Assembly: GCA_964347045.1 (NCBI GenBank)
Contig: CAYFXC010000008.1
Span: 1 to 13,332, forward strand
DNA: 13,332 nt
DNA from: an uncultured archaeon
Lineage (GTDB): Archaea > Asgardarchaeota > Hermodarchaeia > Hermodarchaeales > Hermodarchaeaceae
Reading direction: 5' to 3'
Shown here: positions 7,547 through 13,332 of the stretch, one piece after another
Numbering within the stretch: the stretch's first letter is position 1
Layout: every line of letters starts with the position of its first letter
Made by a program: the position numbers and the translations under genes
Notes under the pieces: generated by a model
What the model was told of the DNA's origin: nothing
Database searches by the model: none
What the model saw: the letters and a program-made list of their open reading frames with translations, nothing else

Positions 7547-8820
7547 AAGCATTAATTCTTGCCGCTGGCTACGGCACACGATTACATCCTTTAACCCAAT
7601 ATCGACCAAAGGCAATGCTCCCGCTCCTTGGTAAGCCAATGCTTCATCATGTAATTGATTCCGTGCATGATGCGGGAATGAAAGAAATTGTGTTAGTGGT
7701 TGGTCATTATCGAGAACAGATTGAAGGTTATTTTGGTGATGGTGAACACCTAGGAGTCAATATTAGCTATGCTGAGCAAACAGAGCCGAAAGGTGAATAT
7801 GACGCTGTTCTAGCAGCGGAACAGAATCTTTCCACTGAAGATCGGTTTCTGATGACTGATTGCGACATCATTACAACAACAAGTCGCTTCAAAGATACAC
7901 TGAAAGCAGCAAAAACTGGAGACATGGCCTTATCACTTTTTGAAGTGCCAAATCCTTGGCAATTCGGAGTAGTAGAATTAGATGGAACCAAAATTACAAC
8001 TATTGTCGAGAAACCAAAGAAGGGCACTGAACCGAGTAATCTTGCGGTTGCAGGCGTCTATGTATTTTCAAAGACAATTTTTAATGCAATCCGTAAAACC
8101 CAAGATCTAGAGGTGGGAATCCAAGAGCTGATCAATGAAGGACATACCGTATATGGGAGCCATTCAAAGGATCCCTGGGTTGATGTTGGTCGCACCTGGA
8201 ATATACTTGAGGCATCCCCTGTGCTCTTTGACCGATTACGGAAACAAAAAGGAGAACCTATTGATTCATCCGCAACTGTGAGCGATGCTGCGCATATCAG
8301 CGGAGATGTATGGATTGGACCCAGAGCCAGGATATTTCCAGGAGCGTCTCTTGTTGGACCAGTTTTTGTTGGACCAGATGCTATTATTGGCAATAATTGT
8401 CTTCTCCGTGATCAGGTAGTGATGGAGCAAGGGGCAAGAACTGGTTTTTCCTGTGAACTTCGAAACACGGTGATGATGCCCCAAGGCCGTATTGGTCATC
8501 TCGCCTTTGTTGGAGACAGTATCCTCGGGTTTGATGTAGAAATTGGAGCTAGTGTCGTTTTGTCGAATTACCGATTTGATGGAGCAGAAGTGCACGTTAT
8601 GCTCCAAAATCAGTTGGTCTCTACTCACACTGATAAATTTGGGGCAGTTGTTGGTGATACATCAAAAATTGGATGTGGGGTTGTTGTACTACCAGGTCGA
8701 ACCATTGGATATAATTCGTGGATTGACCCCTTGATTGTCGTACAAAGAGATGTTGCGGATAATACGCACCTGAAGTTGAAACAGACTCTCATTGAAAAAC
8801 AACGACGCCCTTCTACTTAG
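7543..8820 (+). CDS. glmU: Archaeal GlmU-type bifunctional sugar-1-phosphate nucleotidylyltransferase/acetyltransferase
   Basis: N-terminal MKALILAAGYGTRLHPLT..RPKAMLP, EKP and WVDVG motifs. C-terminal hexapeptide beta-helix with HLAFVGDSILG, SNYRFD and KFGAVVGD. ATG 7543 overlaps the cysS stop (ATGA). Substrate specificity is uncertain. Confidence 0.85.
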   Translation: MKALILAAGYGTRLHPLTQYRPKAMLPLLGKPMLHHVIDSVHDAGMKEIVLVVGHYREQIEGYFGDGEHLGVNISYAEQTEPKGEYDAVLAAEQNLSTEDRFLMTDCDIITTTSRFKDTLKAAKTGDMALSLFEVPNPWQFGVVELDGTKITTIVEKPKKGTEPSNLAVAGVYVFSKTIFNAIRKTQDLEVGIQELINEGHTVYGSHSKDPWVDVGRTWNILEASPVLFDRLRKQKGEPIDSSATVSDAAHISGDVWIGPRARIFPGASLVGPVFVGPDAIIGNNCLLRDQVVMEQGARTGFSCELRNTVMMPQGRIGHLAFVGDSILGFDVEIGASVVLSNYRFDGAEVHVMLQNQLVSTHTDKFGAVVGDTSKIGCGVVVLPGRTIGYNSWIDPLIVVQRDVADNTHLKLKQTLIEKQRRPST

Positions 8821-10216
8821 TAAGTCGAGTTAACGCCGTTTTTGCATCCTTTAGGAGCATCTTGGCACGCTGAGCTGAAAATGCTTCAACGGTTAAACGA
8901 ATTACTGGCTCGGTTCCAGAGGGGCGAACAAGTATCCAACTAGAATCAGAAAAACTGACCCGCACACCATCCATTTTATTCACATCTTGTACGTCTTTCC
9001 ACTTTTCGAGTGAGGAACTAATTTGGGTCATTACTTTAGCTTTTTGCGCATTTGAATAGGATACAGAAGCCCGAAGCAAAAATGTGGAGGGTAAATCATC
9101 TACAAGCTGACTTAGGGGACGATTAGCCCAGTCTAAAAGTTCAAGTATCTTGCAGGCCGCAAGAGGCCCATCCGGGCATAGATGGACTTCAGGGAAAATA
9201 AAAGGTCCAGAGGGTTCAGCACCGATAATTGCATTATGATCCTTAACCAGGTTAGATACAAAGACATCTCCAACACGGCTTCGTTCGACTCTTGCTCCAT
9301 GTTGCTTTGCCACATGATCAACTACACTCGAACTGGATACAGTTGTAGCGATGACTTTTCCTCCGCGCGTCGCAAGATAATAATCAGCTACAAGAGCTAG
9401 GAGAGTGTCACCTGCAAGAATGCGTCCTTTGTCATCAACGGCAAGGACGCGGTCTGCATCACCATCATGGGCAATTCCCACATCTGTATTCGTTGATGTA
9501 ACTATCTCGCTCAAATCATCTAAGCAAACAAAGTGTTGCCATTCTGCCGCCGCCGCACTTTGAGTTTTTGAGGGCCCACAATGTTGAGCATATTCTTTTC
9601 CATTAGGAGGAGCATTGAGGAGTTTGACATGAGCATTAAGCTGACGTAATGCAATGGGCGTGACAAGGCTACCAACGCCAAGAGCAGCATCTAAAACAAC
9701 ATTATATGTTTTCGTTACTTGAGTTGCATCATGAATAGCATTGATATGAGGGGGAAGGGCTTCGAAGGAATGAAAATCTGCAAAATCTTCCCAACCAACT
9801 GCAACCGCATCTTTGAGAAAGGTTTCAATTTCCTCTTGTTGAGATATTGAAAATCCTGCTCCATCAGGATTATGAAATTTAAATCCATTATATTCAGGGG
9901 GATTGTGACTAGCTGTCACTATCAGCGATGCATTCAATCCAATCTTTCCTGCAGCATAAGCGATTGACGGGGTAGGAGCCATTTCTGTTTTAGTAACAGG
10001 GACTCCACCTTGAAGGAGTCCAGCCGTCAATCCTGAGGTCAGCATGGGACCAGTGATCCGATGATCATGCCCCACCATTATTTGTGGAGTCTGGTAATGA
10101 GTTCGGAGAAATTGAGCCGTTGCTAGACCGAGTTTTATCGCAAATGGACCAGTGATAACTTCGTTGACTTTACCTCTGATGCCAGAGCTACCAAACAGTG
10201 ACTGCGTGAATGGCAT
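8813..10216 (-). CDS. glmM: Alpha-D-phosphohexomutase, most likely phosphoglucosamine mutase
   Basis: Motifs LFGSSGIRG, TASHNP (phosphoserine), HDGDADR (metal), AEPSG (sugar loop) and RPSGTEP. Adjacent to the GlmU-type gene, with a GGTG ribosome-binding site upstream. The family is secure; the specific glmM call is inferred. Confidence 0.8.
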   Translation of the reverse strand: MPFTQSLFGSSGIRGKVNEVITGPFAIKLGLATAQFLRTHYQTPQIMVGHDHRITGPMLTSGLTAGLLQGGVPVTKTEMAPTPSIAYAAGKIGLNASLIVTASHNPPEYNGFKFHNPDGAGFSISQQEEIETFLKDAVAVGWEDFADFHSFEALPPHINAIHDATQVTKTYNVVLDAALGVGSLVTPIALRQLNAHVKLLNAPPNGKEYAQHCGPSKTQSAAAAEWQHFVCLDDLSEIVTSTNTDVGIAHDGDADRVLAVDDKGRILAGDTLLALVADYYLATRGGKVIATTVSSSSVVDHVAKQHGARVERSRVGDVFVSNLVKDHNAIIGAEPSGPFIFPEVHLCPDGPLAACKILELLDWANRPLSQLVDDLPSTFLLRASVSYSNAQKAKVMTQISSSLEKWKDVQDVNKMDGVRVSFSDSSWILVRPSGTEPVIRLTVEAFSAQRAKMLLKDAKTALTRLTK

Positions 10217-10244
10217 TATAACTTACACCACTGATATTAGCATT

Positions 10245-11624
10245 CTATGTGGAGGCATTTCTAAGAACATGATTAATCCATTCTAGGCCGAGGTTCAGAA
10301 GTTCCTGGGCACGTTTCTTCTTTCTTGATTCGGCGAAACAGCGAAAGACCGGTTCAGTTCCGGAAGGGCGGAGAAGCAGCCATCCATCAGCGAATACTGC
10401 TTTGACTCCATCTATGGTTATGATTCGCGCTTTAGGAAATTGTTCTTTGATCATGTCTAAAGCATGGAGTGTAACAGCTTCTTTGAGTTCGTTCGGGCAT
10501 TCGATTGCTCTTTTCAATTGGATGTATTGGGGAAATTCATCGATGATGTTGCTCAGCGATCTTGTGTGTTGGGCGAGATATTCGAGGAGATGGGCGATAC
10601 CAAGACCGCTATCAGAGAGATAGTTGAGCCGGGGATAGATAACTTTACCAGATTCTTCAAAGGCAAAGAGGGCATTATGTTTCTTTGCCGCAGCAACTAT
10701 TGCGGGTGGACCTACGCGACTATAAACAACGCGAGCTTTGAATTGTCCAACTATGTCTTCGACAAGATTGCTTGAATTAATGGGAGTGATAATTGTCCCT
10801 CCACCTTCCCGTGAAAGTTCAATGTAAGCCAAGAGCGTGCCCGACACATCACCCATCAATGCACGCCCTTTATCATCAATGAAGAAAACGCGGTCAGCAT
10901 CACCATCTGTAGCTACTCCCAAATCCGCCTTCTGCTCCTTAACAAGTTGCACTGCTTGATCTAATAGTTTGACTCGTAAATTAGGTGACCGCCCAGGAAA
11001 TTTGGGATCACGCTCCGTATTCAGACCAATTATGGTACAGCCCAACTGGTCGATAACGTCAAGCAACCAGGGTATAGCTGTTCCATTGGCAGCATCGACA
11101 ACAATGCGAAATTGCCGTTTGCGAATTAAGTCCACATCCACTTGTTCTAAAACCTTAGTGACCCAAAAGGCACCTACATCAGTTATTCGGCGTAGTTGCC
11201 CATGGATTAGCCAATCAATGGGTTTAGCTCTAGCCATATTTAGCTGTTCGATTTGATTCTCAATATCATGAAAAACCGGAGCACCATCAGCACCAAGCAC
11301 TTCAATTCCAGACATATGAGCAGGAATATGACTTCCCGTAATAAGAACCGCCCCTCCCACCTCACAATGACGAGTATAAAGACTTACGGCGGGAGTAATG
11401 ACTTCGCCACCATAATGAGCATCTGAACCCCCTGCCATTAATCCACTAGCGACTGCATTGGTAAGAAGTGGACTGCTGGTTCGGTTATCATGGCAGACTA
11501 GAATGGGTTTCTGATTAAACACCGTGGCAATACTATAACCAATTTGCCAAGCGATTTCAGAATTTAATTCATCAGGAACACTTCCACGAATACCACTTGT
11601 ACCAAAGGACGGAGTCCATGCCAT
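10245..11624 (-). CDS. Alpha-D-phosphohexomutase superfamily protein (PMM/PGM-like), variant catalytic loop
   Basis: Motifs FGTSGIRG, TGSHIP, TDGDADR, FEESG and RPSGTEP. Likely start is ATG 11624 (MAWTPSFG) with GAGG upstream; the ORF track starts at 11660. Confidence 0.92.
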   Translation of the reverse strand: MAWTPSFGTSGIRGSVPDELNSEIAWQIGYSIATVFNQKPILVCHDNRTSSPLLTNAVASGLMAGGSDAHYGGEVITPAVSLYTRHCEVGGAVLITGSHIPAHMSGIEVLGADGAPVFHDIENQIEQLNMARAKPIDWLIHGQLRRITDVGAFWVTKVLEQVDVDLIRKRQFRIVVDAANGTAIPWLLDVIDQLGCTIIGLNTERDPKFPGRSPNLRVKLLDQAVQLVKEQKADLGVATDGDADRVFFIDDKGRALMGDVSGTLLAYIELSREGGGTIITPINSSNLVEDIVGQFKARVVYSRVGPPAIVAAAKKHNALFAFEESGKVIYPRLNYLSDSGLGIAHLLEYLAQHTRSLSNIIDEFPQYIQLKRAIECPNELKEAVTLHALDMIKEQFPKARIITIDGVKAVFADGWLLLRPSGTEPVFRCFAESRKKKRAQELLNLGLEWINHVLRNAST

Positions 11625-11660
11625 GATGAAGCCTCTTTCAACAACTTTCCAATAAACCAT

Positions 11661-11756
11661 AGGGGCACGCTTTTATACCCCTTTTTATAGGCTGGTTTTT
11701 TCTACAATGCATAAAGCAAAGAAGTTAAATCTGCTGACTACTTTAAGGAGATTAGG
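11661..11756. promoter_or_regulatory. Divergent archaeal BRE/TATA promoters
   Basis: Minus strand reads AAAAAGGGG-TATAAAAG (about 11670-11686) upstream of the mutase. Plus strand reads AAAGAAG-TTAAAT (about 11718-11730), about 27 bp before ATG 11757, with AGGAG at 11746-11750. Confidence 0.5.
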
Positions 11757-12467
11757 ATGAGAGTCGTTAAAACTACGGATTCCCTTGGGAATTCAACACA
11801 AATGGATGAAGACCATCTTGCTGCAGTCATACGTGAGTTTGGGCGATCTATGCGTGAAGTTACTGGTGGCTTAGATGATGCAATGAATCGTTGGGAATCA
11901 GCGCATCGTAGTTCACTTCGACCCATCCGAGTTATTCTGGGCGCGTTATCAAAAATTAATTACTTCCGTAATATCGAAGATCTTGGAAAACTCAATTCCT
12001 TCGATGGTATTGTTGATCGTGCTATTACTAAAAACATGGGTCTTCTTGACAAGGTGCTTCCCAAAGTATTAGCCCTTGCATCTGATTTTGAAAGTTCAAT
12101 CCGTAAAATGAGACTCATGGAAAAACGGGTTTTCGAATTACAACGTCGCGGAGCTAGTTTATTAGGCGGAGAAGGCAACGATGAACCACGGGTTCGACAG
12201 CTAGTTGACAACGTCGATGCACTGAGTTGTAAACTCCGACAAATTGTGTGCATGTACGAGGATGAATATCTCTTCCGCAAGAAGACCATCCGAAACATTG
12301 AGGAACTAATAGACCCGAAGGAACTCTATACAAGCCTTCTATTATGGACTATGGAGCCATATCTGGAATCGGATCGGATCGAAGCCATTCGCAGAGAAAT
12401 TGGCACCCACATTGAGGAGACGCGATCCTTGGTTTCACGGCAAAACGTCCCCGCGAATATGTTCTAA
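11757..12467 (+). CDS. All-helical protein resembling eukaryotic CINP / C1orf109 (AIRIM) AAA+ adaptor family
   Basis: 236-aa ORF filling the gap between two mutases, with its own RBS and TATA-like element. Amphipathic helical pattern throughout. The C-terminal MYEDEYLFRKK...DP......LLLWTMEPYLESD resembles the CINP C-terminus as recalled from memory. The CDS is well supported; the homology needs a search. Confidence 0.7.
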   Translation: MRVVKTTDSLGNSTQMDEDHLAAVIREFGRSMREVTGGLDDAMNRWESAHRSSLRPIRVILGALSKINYFRNIEDLGKLNSFDGIVDRAITKNMGLLDKVLPKVLALASDFESSIRKMRLMEKRVFELQRRGASLLGGEGNDEPRVRQLVDNVDALSCKLRQIVCMYEDEYLFRKKTIRNIEELIDPKELYTSLLLWTMEPYLESDRIEAIRREIGTHIEETRSLVSRQNVPANMF

Positions 12468-12545
12468 GCAGGCTAGCTTGAATTGAAGTACCCCACACAT
12501 TAATTAGTTAACACGTAGGTTTGAGAAGTACGAGAGGAGTCTCTT

Positions 12546-13332
12546 TTGACCCGACTATTTGGTACCCAAGGATTTCGAGGAATTGTCAATGAAGAACTCA
12601 CATCAATGGTAGCACACGATATTGGTTTGGCAATGGCGGAATTTATGGGTATTCAGAAAACCATTGGATTAGGATGGGACACACGTAAAACCAGCGAAAT
12701 GATAGGATTTGCCTTTAGTGCAGGCCTTATGACTGGGGGGTGCGATGTTCATCTTTTCGGTCTCATTCCGACACCCCTATTGTCATATGCCATCCCACAC
12801 CTTAATCTGGATGGCGGTGCAATGATAACAGCCAGCCACAATCCTCCAGAATTTAATGGCATCAAATTATGGGGAAAGGATGGCGCGTCTTTCACCCCAG
12901 AAATGGAACGTGGAGTTGAAAGCCATTATTTTACCAAAGAAAAGGTTCAGAAAAATTGGCAAACTTGTGGACGCCTAATTCCTGCAGAGGATTTTAGACT
13001 TCAATATATTGAAGGATTATTAGATCAGGTTGATTCACAACGAATAATAAAACAACAGTTTCGTGTAGCAGCGGATTGTGGTGGAGGCGCTGCCACAATG
13101 GTAGCTCCAGTACTTTTGAATGCCGTTGATGCTCAAACGGAATTGTTGTTTTGTGAGCCAGATGGACTCTTTGCCAATCGATTACCTGAACCGAAGGAAA
13201 ACAACTTGACGCAATTAATTGAATGCGTTAAAGAGAACAATCTGGATCTTGGAATGGCATGGGATGGCGACGCAGATCGTGTTGTTTTTATTACAAACAA
13301 AGGTCGATATTTAATGGGCGACCGCATCTTTG
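12546..13332 (+). CDS. Third alpha-D-phosphohexomutase (PMM/PGM/GlmM family), truncated by the window edge
   Basis: Manually translated from TTG 12546 (GAGGAG at 12534-12539): MTRLFGTQGFRGIVNEELT...GWDTRKTS...IPTP...MITASHNPPEFNGIK...EPDGLFANRLPEP...AWDGDADRV...LMGDRIF. The frame is open to the end of the window, which is why it is missing from the ORF track. Confidence 0.95.
   Translation, partial: MTRLFGTQGFRGIVNEELTSMVAHDIGLAMAEFMGIQKTIGLGWDTRKTSEMIGFAFSAGLMTGGCDVHLFGLIPTPLLSYAIPHLNLDGGAMITASHNPPEFNGIKLWGKDGASFTPEMERGVESHYFTKEKVQKNWQTCGRLIPAEDFRLQYIEGLLDQVDSQRIIKQQFRVAADCGGGAATMVAPVLLNAVDAQTELLFCEPDGLFANRLPEPKENNLTQLIECVKENNLDLGMAWDGDADRVVFITNKGRYLMGDRIF

Noticed and set aside
7543-8820. 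Idea that the nucleotidyltransferase replaces CofC in F420 synthesis
   Set aside because: It has a complete GlmU two-domain architecture and sits beside phosphohexomutases. cofC may simply be elsewhere in the genome.
4875-13327. Other short antisense or off-frame ORFs within the enzyme genes and the 236-aa gene (e.g. 5458-5835, 8058-8393, 10464-10775, 11960-12298, 13133-13327)
   Set aside because: They overlap well-supported genes. 13133-13327 is antisense to the third mutase that the ORF track missed.
1-13332. CRISPR array, IS element or rRNA
   Set aside because: No regularly spaced repeats, transposase or terminal inverted repeats were seen, and nearly all of the sequence is accounted for by coding genes.

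Overview
Gene-dense archaeal chromosomal window, most likely from an Asgard archaeon (inferred from an Asgard-type longin-like membrane protein, an archaeal-style tRNA, archaeal GlmU/GlmM and GGTG/GGAG ribosome-binding sites). From left to right it holds: tRNA-Cys(GCA) with encoded CCA; a convergent ~1360-aa single-pass membrane glycoprotein with a cytoplasmic longin/roadblock-like domain; a + strand operon (FbiB-C-terminal/FbiE-like nitroreductase, cofD, cysS, GlmU-type nucleotidyltransferase); two minus-strand phosphohexomutases; a 236-aa helical protein that resembles the eukaryotic AAA+ adaptor proteins CINP and C1orf109; and a third phosphohexomutase that runs off the right edge and is absent from the ORF track. 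No mobile element, CRISPR array or notable DNA repeat was seen. All family assignments come from motif recognition by eye; no searches were run.
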